Origin: Pavona decussata
Lineage: Eukaryota
Assembly (NCBI GenBank): GCA_977016875.1
Contig: CDRNST010000058.1
Coordinates: 3,906,001 to 3,970,000 of the forward strand
Direction of reading: 5' to 3'
Length of the DNA stretch: 64,000 bases
The translations under genes and the position numbers were made by a program. Shown here piece after piece: positions 13,224 to 26,400 of the stretch; position 1 is the stretch's first letter; the number at the start of each line of letters is the position of its first letter. The notes beneath the pieces were generated by a model that did no database searches, had not been told where the DNA came from, and worked only from the letters and a program-made list of their open reading frames with translations.

Positions 13224-14524
13224 CTTCAGGTAAACTTCTACCCGTATATGAGGCCCCAATTCGCTGGTTTCTTGCTTTGTTTATTCTACTTAGTCATCTC
13301 AGATTACGTTCAAGTAAACGGCGCCTTATCTCAAAGTTTGTTGTCTTATTACGGTCGACATAAAGTTTAGTAGCTGTTGTGGTTTAATAGTCGCAACCAA
13401 AGTAAAAAAAAAAAGCACTTAAAACCCGCGCCTCTCATTTGCCTCCACAAAATGCTGAAACACTCTGATCGTGTTCCGGATCATAACAGTTGCAAAAGTC
13501 CACCCCAAACAGCTAGCCTAATTGAAGTCAAATCCTTCACTGGACTGAGCACCTTAAATTGTGGAAATATTTTGAGATGTTTGGTAGGTGGATGAATTGT
13601 TCACGAAGAAATGCATTGAAAGTACACTTTAAACTGTAATTTTAGAATTAGCTTAAATATATTAAGACCTAGTCTCTTTTCTCAGTTTGGCTTTATCCTT
13701 TGAGGCAAGTTAAGTAATGCGCCATAATCAGTTCAGTACACGATTGGACAAAATAAAGATTCTCTAGAACATCGATCTACAGTTCTTTCCACCTTGTTTC
13801 ATTACTTCCATCAATCACGTTGTTATACGGACGATTTTCGATTGCTTAAAAGTGTGTTACTCACACTTCGTCACTAATTTTAAACAGCGTTTTATCATAT
13901 TGTATACAACGTCTACAGCATGCGAATTAATCAAATTTAGCTTGTCACTCACCGTCTGTTGTTTCATTTCGCAGTCATCTTCCAAATTAAGGAGATATCA
14001 GCCGCTCCCAACTGTGTTACAGGTCAATTTAGACCAAGGAACAGCAAAATGGCTCTCAACAACTACGTTAATTAAATTTCGCAACGCTGAAATGGGAACC
14101 AAAATTTCAACAGTCGACACGTCATGCTTAGTTTATGTACCCACAGGCTACCCATTCTCAGCAAACAAAAGAGCAAACTGTTAATTGTACTTAGGCCTCC
14201 AACAGCTAGAGGGAAACGGAAGCACTTGATGCTGGCGTAATTTTCTATAAGAAACGCTAAAAAACTTTCTTACTTCTTCCCAGGTTTTCACCAGCACTCA
14301 AACAAAGACGAATGGCGGTGAGAGGAAGAAGGGGTCTCAGCAAACTTTCCAAGGATTACTTTAAATACAGAGGTGTTTTGCACAGTTAATTAATGACTAC
14401 GCGGGAAAAGCAGATCTTAGCAAAGGTTATAGGAATCCAAAAAGAAAATTGGGGGTAACCAGGCATTTTTTCAGAGATAATTAGGCAGAAATTAGAAATT
14501 ATTAAAAAAAATAATGTATGGCTT

Positions 14525-14657
14525 GAGAATGATGTATTATTCAGTAATGACACAGCCAAACTCTGAAAAAGAAATTCGGAGTGGGAGTCGAACCTAAGAC
14601 CTTCCTATTACTGGTTGGAATACTCTACCACTGAGCTACAGGAGACTCTTGGGAGCA
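14525..14657 (-). repeat. tRNA-derived SINE fragment
   Basis: Minus strand reads gtagctcagtggtagag ... ggttcgactcc (A and B boxes) without a proper acceptor stem. Confidence 0.6.
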
Positions 14658-14945
14658 AATGGCTTTTTCTCCCAAATTGAAGGAATCTGCATGAATTGAT
14701 ATTTTTATGTTCTGTTAATACTTTCACCAGTTAAGGAAATATGATTTAGAAATACAGTGTCTCAGGCCTTTAATGTGTTCCAACACTGTAAACTTCAATC
14801 TTTTTTTTTAATTTATTCGCTACCTTATTATGATACAATATTAATTTACAGAAATTTGTTAAAGTATGGCAGAAAAGCCCAAAGAAACCATGAGGCTTAT
14901 TCAACGTGGGCAGTTTCCATGCTAAATTACTAAGAATAAACTTAA

Positions 14946-15533
14946 AGTGCCTATGAAGCGAAAATTGTTTTTGTGTAGTTATAAAATTTGCACTTTAATA
15001 TATACGATTCCGAAGTTTTAGAGTACTGGGGTAAAACTTGAGATTTTGCAAACGCTCAAAGTTGAGCTATTTTGCTTTCAAAAATGGTCAGAGGACTGGG
15101 TCGAGTTTTATGCTGAATCCCAAGTTGTGACGTCACGTTGGTGCCAAAAGTTTGTTTACTTTCATTCCGTTCTTGCCGCCGAAAAGGATTGTAGAAAGAG
15201 AAAAGCATGTCTAGCGATTCTGTGAACGATCGATTCTGGCAACTCTCTTTGTTACGGACGCCAGCAATGCAATAGCGCCCTCGCTGTCGTTTATCTTTCT
15301 TCTCTTCCACCATGATGAATTGCAATTCTTGGCACCGACGTGACGTCAGCGGTTATTGTCACCTGGCATTTTGGCCACGCGATTCGAATACTATTATTGA
15401 AGGCAAAATAGCCCAACTTTGAGCGCGCACAAAATCGGCAATTTTTACCCCAGCAATATCAAACTTTGAAATCCCGTGTTGGAAAGGGTAAATTTTATAA
15501 CTACCTAAAGACAATTTTCGCTTCATAGGCACT
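14946..15533 (-). mobile_element. Non-autonomous Kolobok-type DNA transposon with THAP-like remnant
   Basis: TTAA TSD (14942-45, 15534-37). TIR agtgcctatgaagcgaaaattgt with 5'-AG (RR) terminus and long imperfect subterminal IRs. Internal ORF RGRYCIAGVRNKESCQNRSF resembles a THAP N-terminus. Confidence 0.8.
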
Positions 15534-17303
15534 TTAATATTAATGTAACTGAACGGCAAAGGCAGAGTAACAATAATACGAAAGAAAAAGGTATCAAAAA
15601 AAAAGAAGACGACAAAGGACAAAGCTGACAAAGAAAAGGAAGAAGAGGAAGGGGGTGGAGGGAAAGGAACAAGTTAAGTAAGAAGGAGTTTCTTTAGATT
15701 TTTCTTAAAAGTAGATGCACTAACTGAACTTACAACGTCTGGACTAACGAATTAAAAAACAAGGGACCTTGGTATTGAAACGAAAAACGTCTTATGTTAG
15801 TTCTGCACTTAGGAACATGAAAGGAACTGGCATTCCTGGTATCATAACCATTAACCTGATTCCTTCGTGGAAAGGTGTTATTAAATACATCTGGTAACAA
15901 CCCAGTTTTGTATTGAAACATTATTTTCCCTGTTTGTGCTAGATACATATTATTTAGCGGTAACATACAACAATTCTTAAATATTGGTTCTGTCTGACCG
16001 TCATTACAAGATTTGCTGATGATTCTCATAGCTCGTTTTTGCAGCAGTACGAGACGTTTCAAAATAGTAGGATAGGTTGACCCCAAACACTTATGCAATA
16101 TTGCAAATACGGATGGACAAGGGAGAATTAAAGTGTACGCAAAGCAGATTTGTAGAGGCAAAAGCTTGACTTGGAGATAACACCTAAAGACCTGGAAACT
16201 CTAGAAGCTAGGTAAGCATTGTGCGATTTCCATGAGAGATGCTCGTCCAAAATTACTCCTAGAAAAACAGTTTCACTTTCCTGAGCTAAAGTGTGATCAC
16301 AAAGTTTTACTGTTAAATGATCAAGCGTTTGCCTCTTTTGTCTTGGCTTTAATAACATATATTTAGTTTTCTTAATATTAACTGAGAGCCTATTAGCTTG
16401 AAACCAAGAGGTAAACTTAATCAGTTCAAAATTCACCTTTTGAATAAGGAAATTGAGATTTTTATGGCAAAGGAAGACATTAGTATCTCCGCAAATAAAA
16501 TAAATTCTAATTCTTTTGACACGTCACAAATATCATTAACATAAATAAAAAACAACAGAGATCCAAGGATGGAACCTTGTGGGACCCCACAATTAACACA
16601 TTGGGTAGATGAACAATGACCATTGTACTGAACAAATTGTTTTCTGTTGAGAATATAACTTTTAAACCAATCTAGAGCAGTCCCGCCGACTCCATGCATA
16701 ATGCACAAGTTTTCCTAAGAGAATTTCGTGGTTAACTGTATCAAAGGCCTTGGATAGGTCAAGAAAAATGCTAACAGTGTATTCTCCGGTGTCAATAGCG
16801 GATGACATTTTGCCAATAACTGGATATGTGCTAGAGAGGTTGAGTGGTTTTTCCTAAATCCGAACTGATTTTTAGAAAGGATACTAAGCTTATTTTAAAA
16901 AGTTCAGAAGAAGATTGTAGTTACCCGTTCAAGTAACTTAGAAAATATCGGTAGAACGGACACAGGTCTATAATTACTAAAGATACGTTTATCATCAGTC
17001 TTAAAGATCGGGATTACGCGCGCTATTTTAAGCTGGTCAGGTACAACAGCTGAGGTAATAGAAAGATTGATAATGTGACAAAGAGGATCAGAGATTAAGT
17101 CAGCTGTCTCCTTAACAATACCAATTGGAATGTTATCATAACCAGCTGAAATTACGGGCCGAAGAGAATTGAAGATAAGTATTATTTCCTGGCTAGATGA
17201 AGGATCGATATCAAGAAACAAAGAATTTACGTTTTTTGGTGGTAAAAAGCGTGGATAAGTGTCATTCGAATTAGGTTTTTTTTCAGCAAGTTTAGGGCCA
17301 ATA

Positions 17304-17636
17304 CCGGGGGAGGAGGGGGGTACTCCCTTATATGGGCTATATAGGTATGTGCGGCGCCAAAGGGTATGGTTTTTCGGCTGTTTTGGTCATAAATAGGGTA
17401 TCGCTCTTAGCCATTTGGTAATAAATAGGGTATAGATTTTTGCACTCTAGTCCTGGGTTCGATGTTTTTTTAGAAGAAGCTACTTCAGGTCATAAATAGG
17501 GTAGGGAAAATCGCAGATTTTAGTCATAAATAGGGTAGGGAAAATCGCAGTTTTTAGTCTTAAATAGGGTAAGGGTTTTGGGAAGCGGGCCGCACACCCC
17601 TACCCAATTTTTTTTGGAGTACACCCCCCCCCGGGG
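17304..17636. mobile_element. MITE with GC-rich termini and 8-9 bp TSD, inserted in the LINE
   Basis: ccggggg...gggtactcc / ggagtacacccccccccgg termini; (g)ggccaata repeated at 17295-17303 and 17637-17645; internal ~35-bp repeats gtcataaatagggtagggaaaatcgcag. Confidence 0.8.
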
Positions 17637-18119
17637 GGGCCAATATTAGATAAATATTCGCAGAATTTGCCAGCAATTTCAATCGGAGCGTCACACACAG
17701 CATTTCCGATAATAAACGAAGAAGGAAGATCTGAAGTTTATTTCCTCCGATTAAGTACCTTATTGAGTATTCTCCATGTACCTTTAGCATTAGATTTATA
17801 GTTATCTAATTTCTTTTCGTAGTATAAACGTTTTGAGATTCTCAATGAATGACTCAATTTGTTTTTATACTTCCGTATGGAGCTGTTCACGTTCATAAGT
17901 TGGGTTTTTGAGAAACTGCTTATACAATATGTTCTTTTCCTTTATAGATTTTAGAAGGCCTGGAGTTATCCAGGGTTTCTTAATAGCTTGACGTCGAGCT
18001 CTTTTTCTTTTTCATAGGAAACATTTGTTATACAAAATGGTAAACTTAATCTTACATAATGTAAACATGATTTGCATCTTTTTATCAATTATTACGGTTT
18101 TAATGGGTTTACGGTTCTT

Positions 18120-21100
18120 CTAAGTGGTTTCCACGACAATCTCCTCCTCCAGCATCACATTGTAGTACGCCTTTGACTCATCCAGCAATCCAGGGTCAAA
18201 GTAAGGGGTGTCCTCCATAAGCATCGTCTCCAACAATGTCGTCACCTGATCAAATGTCGGTCGCTCACTGGGCTTCTCATTCCAACACTCCATTACCAGC
18301 TGGAATCTAAAAAAAAATACTGCAGCATTACGAATTGTTCAATGGCAATTTCATCCTTGAATAAATGCTGTGTTGTGCTTTTTGCAGTCAGTCTAAAAAA
18401 TCAGGCATTTTTCTCACTAGTCAGAGAAATGCGACACCTGACCACGGGTTAGCTCCATCCTGTACTGGCGAGAAAAAATATTTTGAGCAGAGACAGTTTA
18501 TTATGAGGGATGAGAGCACAAACTAGGTGAAAAATGTGACTGGAGTCTGCCAGACATGTGCGCGGTCTCCACTGCTCTTTGGTGTCATGATGGCCACTGT
18601 CCTCAGCAAATAATGTAACTCGATCATATGGGTTTAAATCCCGCTGAGGTTTAAGTTTCTTCTTTGACGGGCCTCGACAAACCAAAATTGCTTCACAGGG
18701 CTTGTCTGCGTGCGCTCGCGCCCTTCTCCCTTCCCCCTTTTTAACACCTGCCACGTAGGCTATAACAGGGCTAGCAAGCCTGAGGAATTATGAGAACAGA
18801 CGTCCTCACTTTGGCACTCAAAAAGAAATATACTTTTCAATAATTTGTCACTCCGCTTTCGCGAATTCAGCGATAACGGAATCATGGTGATATATTTGTT
18901 ATACAGGAGGCAAAGTAAAAAAAAAAAAACAACAACAACAACAACAACATCGTCGGAAAGGAGGCTCCTCCTTAGAAATTTAATTATTCGTCTACAACAC
19001 CAACAAACTAACTATTAACTTCATTAAAAATATCTCATATAAAAAGGGAAAAAAGACTTACAACTCATTAGAGCACGAGTCTGGTTTCTCCATGCGATAG
19101 CCAGTCTTGAGAAGATTGTACAACTCTTTGTTGTCTAATCCAGGATACGGATTTCCTCCTTGAAAATAAAATCAGACTTTTAATGATATGCTACACTTGA
19201 TAGGGACATATAAAAACGCCGGTGCATTGCGCCCCCTTAAGAAGCTGTCTGAATTGATTTAAGCCTGAAAGGACTTTCGGTTCCTATTGGTCATGAGGTT
19301 AAGGCCTAAAAATCTTTAAGATTTTCATGTAAGAGACGTGAAAAATACAACACTGGTAACACAGCTGTAGCCGCAGCACTTTGCTCCATTTTGGAAAGGG
19401 AAAGTAGCGTATTAACAACAAGATCATCAGCTAAAACTGTGCCCTCTCACTTTCCACTTCTTTTCGGCCCCTTCCTCTTCCTTAACCATCCAGTCGTTCG
19501 ATTGGTCGGTCGATCAAGCAGACAGGTATCAGCCAATCGACATATACATGGCAAGCAAATAAGCGAAAAAAGAAAAAAATAGCAAGCAGTGAGTCAACCA
19601 GTCAGTGAGTCTGATAATCAGACATTTTGTCATTCATTCAGCCATCCAGTTGGTAAGTCATTCAGTCAATTACTCAGCAAGTCTTTGAGTCGGTGATTTT
19701 TTTTGGCATGTCAGTCAGTGAATGACTGAGTCAATGATTCAGTAAGCCAGTCAGTCATTCGGAGCTGAGGCCAGGAGGGGAGAGGAGCCGAAAGACTGGG
19801 GTCCGTACACAGAACTGATAGCGTCGTAGAAGCAAATAGAATCGTGACTTTCTGCGTAGCCCAGTATTTCATCTGCACCTTCTTCAACTGCACCACCCAC
19901 CCACATATGTCCCACGTGTGGGTAAGTCTTCAGGAGTCACCTCCTGACCCACATTCACCGTTCATCCACCTGATCTGAAGTCATGGTTATCTTCGATCCC
20001 GAAGGAGGAACATTATCATGATTAGGTGAGCTAGTGAGTCAGTGAGTGGGTAAGTCAGAGCGGTCAGTTAGTCAATTGGTCAGTCCTTCCGTCCATCCGT
20101 CAGCCAGTCGGTCAATCAGGCAGTCAACCAATTAATATCAAGCAATTACTTAGCGTATAGGCCTAAAAGACTTTACAAATGGTAAATATACAATTCATTA
20201 TTTTCTTGTTTTCTTACCCATTGTGGCAATCTCCCACAGCAGAACCCCAAAAGACCATCTGAAAAAAAAAAAATACAAGATAAATGTCCATGAATAGGCT
20301 GTGGGTTGTAGGTTTGTATTCTGCTCACTCAAAAATGTGGTATTCTACTGGTAGAAAGTTCGTTGCCGCAAGTGGTGAGTAAAACTCGATTTCTGCCAGC
20401 GTAATTTATCAAAGACTTATAGTGTGCCATTTCTCTGTTGTTGGGAATGGGGGAGACTAATCTATGAGTAATTATCCATTTTTAGGGGCATAAATACATA
20501 TTTAATGAGGAGGTGACCCAAACTTCAATACAACATCGTTCAAATAGTCATAAGAACGTTACAGCGACTGCTGATCCTAAAACAGTTGCTCTCATGATTT
20601 ATCCAATACAGCGTATTAGACTTGTTTCATTATACAAATATGAAAAAAAAAAGTCATAGAAGTTCAATGTTGGTGCGCACCCGAAAGAAAATAGAAATGC
20701 ATGCCTCGTCGTGGACTGCTGTGTGAACGTACCAATCACAGTCACTCCAACATTTGCGTTATCTTGCTCGCTCGTGGAGCCAGCCTTATAAAAAAGTAAT
20801 AATAACAGTAAAAGTCATATAGCCTGCGCGCAACCTTTATATACGGGATATATAAAACCCTTACGCTTGATACTGGGCAACACACTATATGGCTAATTAA
20901 AACAAATGCCACAACACTTACACATCGCTTTTCGTAGTGTATTCACTGTTAAAAAGTGCCTCGGGTGCCATCCATTTTACGGGAAGTTTCTTTCCTTTAT
21001 TGACTTTGTAAATGCCTCCTTGAATGTGGCGCATCAGTCCAAAATCAGAAATTTTGACCTCTTTTCCCTCACCAAGGAGGATATTTCGTGCCGCTAGATC

Positions 21101-21147
21101 GCGGTGAATGAATCCTTTACTTGACAAGAAGCTCTGTGGCACGAAAA

Positions 21148-21196
<49 letters not shown>

Positions 21197-23479
21197 TTCA
21201 ATCCATAATAGATAGATGTATTGATGAATTTTCTACGGACTCGTAAAGAAATCGCGATTGATAATGGGTACGTTCCAAATTCATATTAAGATAAACAATA
21301 AATACCAACATATAAAAATAAAAAATATCTTCTTTCCCCTTAACCTCATTCCAAAAAATGAAAACATGACAGCATTTTAGCAGACCTATTACCCGCAGAC
21401 TCTGATGCCGAAGTTGGCGTAGAAAATGGTGGCTACGCAGTCATACTAATTTTCAAATTGTCGGATATTACCCCACAATCTTTCTATCCAGTTACCATTG
21501 GCACAGAGACAATTACTATTGTTAACAGGTTCTGGAAACAAATTGACTTACCAAGAAAGTGGGTACCAGCATTTTCTCGTGAGTGCGCTTCGACTTAGGA
21601 CTGGCAATCTACATTTTACGATATGTTGGACACTTGGGTTACGCTTGCAGCAAAGCGATCGAGAAGTGCAACTAGTAGACTAGTCACACCCACAAAAAGG
21701 CACTTAAAGCAACGAGTTTAAGTAGCTGATGCGTCCTTTGCGTATTGTGACATATTGTATATAAAAGACATTTTTTCTAAGTTTTACAAATTAAAAGAAA
21801 ATGTAAGCTAACGTATGCATATTATTAACCGGTGTTCAAGTGACACTAAAAAAACAGCATTGTTTACCATTCCCCGCGCTATTTGCCAAGCGAAACGAAG
21901 AAGATCCTTTGGCCAGAAATCGTCATCATGTGGTTCATCTCCGTTGCTGTCGTTTCCATTTTCTTCAGTTTCTGGAGTAATATTTTCATGCATAGACTGA
22001 GAAGAGGAAGCCAAGCCCTCAGAATCCTTTGCAGCACGATCCACGTTTGCCTTCCCACAGCCAAATGCGTCTTCAGCATTCCTATCTTCAAAAACTATTT
22101 CTTTACAGCAAACCAACTCCTCCCGTTCTACTGTCTTTCCAGCCAATGGCATCACTCTTGAGTCATCTTCAGCGCCATGTTCCGTTTTTTCAGCATCATG
22201 TGTAAATTCCTCGTTATCGTAAAACTTTCGATAGCTTTTCTAAAGGAGAAAAATCAAAGGAAAGAAAAGCTAAGGTAAGAAGATTTGTCAGTAAAAGAGA
22301 AAATGTTCATTAGTGAGTAAAAACCTTACGTACTCAAAGAACTGTAAGGTTGGAGAGTTTTCAAGAATTGAAAATGGGTCAGAAAGGCGGAGTTAAGTTA
22401 AGTTAGTGCATGACCCAAATCAGCAAAGCAAGCAATAGAGGTGTGCGCACCCTGGATGAATTGATTGATGTTTGTTGGTGACCATTTCGGTAAAAAGGTA
22501 GAGTTCTAATAAAACACCATTTTTTTTTTAAATCCTAAATGCTATCATATTAAGCATCCCGGTTAATTTCATAGTATGTGAGTGACCCCTTTACCACGCT
22601 ATGTAAAAGTTATTCATTTCACCTGTTGCCTCCTTCGTCTTAGCCAGTGCAGTAGATCTCCATATGGAAGATATTCCAACAGCAGAAAGATGGGTTCTGA
22701 GTTAACCCAACAACCCAACATGCTCACAACATTGCGATGAGAACCAATCGATTTCATTAACTCAATTTCCTCCAGGAGCTGGTCCCTTGCTTCTTTATCT
22801 GTCGAGTCTGAAATTAGAATAACTTGGAACTAAAATTGTGCTTGAAATACGACGTCCGATTAACTTATGAAAGTGACTTTGTCCTCGCTCTACCACCGCT
22901 AATGGCGAACGCCATGATTCATCAGTTAACACTTATACTGGAGTGCAATTTCCGCTAAGCTGCAGTCTCTTACGAAATTAAGAAGACAAATCAAAATTGA
23001 ATTATGACTTCTTGACGTATACCACAGACATATAAAGTTTTAAACAGGTACATCCTATTTTTTTGCAGGTCAAAATTAATTATTTCGAAGCAAAGCGATG
23101 GTTAGTGCAAATACTGATTGAGATGTAGGAACAATTGGTTGCAAAAGGTCCTTGTAATAAACTTTTGTATCTATGATCTTACTGCAGAAAATGTCTATCT
23201 AGGTGTTAGAATATCTTTGATTCTAGCACCTGGGTCCTGGGAGTGGAAGGTTAATATATCTGGAATCGCTTACCTTCTAACATCTTAACAGCTACTGTCC
23301 GGCTTTCTTTAAAGTCAACAGTCTGAGTTCTGGACTTGTAAAACACCTCAATTCCAGGTGACTCCCTGAATATACCTTTGAGCACTTTACCAAATGCACC
23401 ACGGCCAATCTCCTCCTTGAACTCGACTTGTTCCGGTAGAACCTCCCATCGAAGAAGGGGTATAATGGTTGACTTGGAT
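18120..23479 (-). CDS. RTK cytoplasmic tyrosine kinase domain exons (7 exons, with a long acidic kinase insert)
   Basis: All canonical catalytic motifs are present. The insert is encoded by exon 22239-21868. C-tail ...[30 protein letters not shown]. Confidence 0.95.
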
Positions 23480-26400
23480 CTGGAAAAGCAAGAACAATTA
23501 TTTGCTTATAGCTGTAAATATTGTTATTTATAAATTTGTGATGTATCCATGAAATTAAAGTTGTGTGACAATTATAGTCAAAAGTGTTTCCAAAGATATA
23601 AAAATAATACCTCCTGGATTCCGAGTTGCGTGCCAACTGCTCCTTTTTTATTGCCTTTTTATGCAGCCAGGATTTTATCACGATGAAAGTGATCACCAGA
23701 AGAACAAAGATACCCAATATTAAACCAGTCATCAAGAATGAAGATGATCGAGAGCCGGGAACTGAAAATGAAACAACAATGACAAACTATGTACTACGGT
23801 TTACAGAAAAACTATAAATAACGACAGACTACTAAACCAATAAACTTTCAACCCTACTTCTCACAAAGCAACGACTATATAGACTTTAACAAGGCAAGCA
23901 AGTCTGATTTGTGACTCTCTTAAGTTTGGAGATGAAAACAAGTACTTAGAAAACGTTTTAGCAGTAACAACTATAACTAGGGCTTTATTAAAACACAACA
24001 CTTGCAAGAACACTGAACCTAACGTCATGAACAATGACGTGACACCTGATACTAAAAGCCACGATGCTTAATACCAAAGGAACTTCTGAAACTATTGCAT
24101 GGATCCTTCAGCCCTACAACAACCGATCGATCGCAAGTAGCTCACAAACCTATCACTACTTTGCGAACGTATTAAGGACAGAGAAGAACCGAGCCATTAA
24201 ACGAGGTTCATGGGACAAACCTTATGGGCCTTAGGAATACCACCCGGGCGTGTCTAACGGTATACAAGGTGCTCGTACACATTTCGTATGCATTTCAGTT
24301 CCAGGATGAGGTTACTACAAAGCGCATCCTCCTTACCCTCGACTCTCTAACAAAACATACAAAACGATCCAAGTACTTACTTCTTGGAAACTTGTCTGTG
24401 ATTGTTTTTGTTATCCACCTTCTTGATCTGTTGCTTTGGCCCAACTCATTCCAGGCGGACATTTCGATCACGTACTGCGTGTCACACTTTAATAAAAGAG
24501 CATGATGCGTCTTCAAATTGTCATTGATTCTAACTTCCTGCCAAGATGCTCGTGTTTCATGTGACTGTATTTCTCGATAGTAAACCGAGTACATGGTTAG
24601 CGGACATCCGTTATCAACAGGCTTCATCCAAGTAACGTTGACATCACAGCCCACTGTTTCAGTTTCGCTGTTTCTTATTGTAGGGGGTAATGGTGTGTCT
24701 GTAAGCGTTTCAAGCAAAAAAAGTTATTTTATTGTGGGAAAAATTATTCCAAAATCCGGAAGTCTCCGGCCCATCCCTATCGGTAACCATACAACTCAAA
24801 GAGTGGTTCAAGATATCCTTTGAGTAACTCGTTTTATCTCCACTTTTTAAATTTTTTTCCAAACAATACAATAACATAAGTAACCTGGACAACCATCGGC
24901 CAAACGTTAATGTGTTGTTTGACAAACACTTTAGTTGGATGTTAGTCAATGTGGTTTTAAAAGATAGATCCAAAATTTAAAATCGTTTATCTCACGATTG
25001 AGTAGGTTTCGAGAGGATCAAAATGCGCTAATGACCAACAATCACGGTTCTCCTTATTATTGCTCCACAACCAGCCAGTCGATACGAACGCCCGATGGAG
25101 ACGAGATGCCGGTATACCGGCAGCGGTCGAAATATCGTTTACCCACACCAATGCCAAACAACCGTTAGCTAAACGATTTATTGTCATCTCCTTTTGTTGG
25201 CTGGTTAGGAAGAGCTAAGAAACCGTGGTCTGTGTTAGTAAAATATAAAATAAAGAACTGAACAACATATAGATTATAACCCTGCGTCAAAACATGAACA
25301 ACTATATATGCTACTAAAGGCGACTCTGATCAAAGATTTGTTGAGTAGCAATTATCCGGCTACTGTAAAAACTGTGACTATCCAAGGAAACAAAATAAAG
25401 TTTTTACTCGAACATAAAAATACACCACTCAGTAATAATACTCATAGGTACCTCTTAATATCGTTAGCCACCATTCTTATATGAGCTGACTGTTACGTCA
25501 CCTTTACCTTTACCTTTAGTTCCAGTTTTGAAGTTCCATATCTTGCTGCCCTCCTTGTCACTTTCGTTGTATGAAGAAAGGGAGGTGACAGTTATTTCAT
25601 ACTGTTTCCAACACTCCAGTTGAAGGGTATAGCTGGTGGTGTTCCCATTGACAGTTATTAAATTCCAGTGGCCTTTTTCAGCCCGCAAAATTACTTCTCT
25701 GTAGTAAACGTTGTACTGCACAACAGTGCATATCCTTTCCATGGGAGGCTCCCATTTGACTAAAACGATTCCCCCTGTAACTTCCTTGCTGCTGTTTACG
25801 ATAACAGGTACACCTGCAAAGGATCGTAAGTGAAAACATGATAGCCTTAACATTTTGAACGGAAAGAAGGAAAATTGGACAGATTGATTGAGTGCTCGAT
25901 CATCCAAAGCACACTGTTTGGAAAGTGCATAAAAGTAAATGCATGGCTTATGATGAGAGTTGCATTTATGTATCTGTTATAGTCTTAGGTTTCTAGGAAA
26001 TCCGCATAAATACTAATATTTAGTACAAAAAACAAATGAAGTTTAGCTGGTTTTAAGATTATAACTGTTCGTTTTATTACAAGAATTTAAAGCTATGAAA
26101 TCAATCAAAACTAATATTTAAGGTGGTATTAGACAGAAAAAGAAAAGATTTCAGCTATTTTCACTCATGTTACCACAAAAGCTGGTAATGCAATCAGTGA
26201 CAAGTGTTTATAAAGGCGAATTGCACACCAACCTCTTAGTTTATTGATTTCATTCACTGACAACGCCGTGCCAAAAACATAAAGATCCGTAACTGATCCG
26301 TAGAACTGGTGATCGTTCCAGTGATCGTCATTCCCAATCTTGTATGGCCTCCCACTGGGTTTGTAGAAGAATGTTCCTCTAGGTTGATAGGTACGATAAC

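Larger units (their letters stand above)
14801..18039 (-). mobile_element. 5'-truncated CR1/L2-group LINE (RT pseudogene) interrupted by two DNA elements
   Basis: Frameshifted ORFs with [61 protein letters not shown] and LQKRAMRII. A-tail is read as a T-run at 14801-14809. Imperfect TSD gtaaactt(c)aatc at 14788-14800 and 18040-18051. Confidence 0.9.

Noticed and set aside
23292-23735. 147-aa ORF as a stand-alone protein
   Set aside because: It is the TM exon read through an intron into the wrong frame of the next kinase exon.
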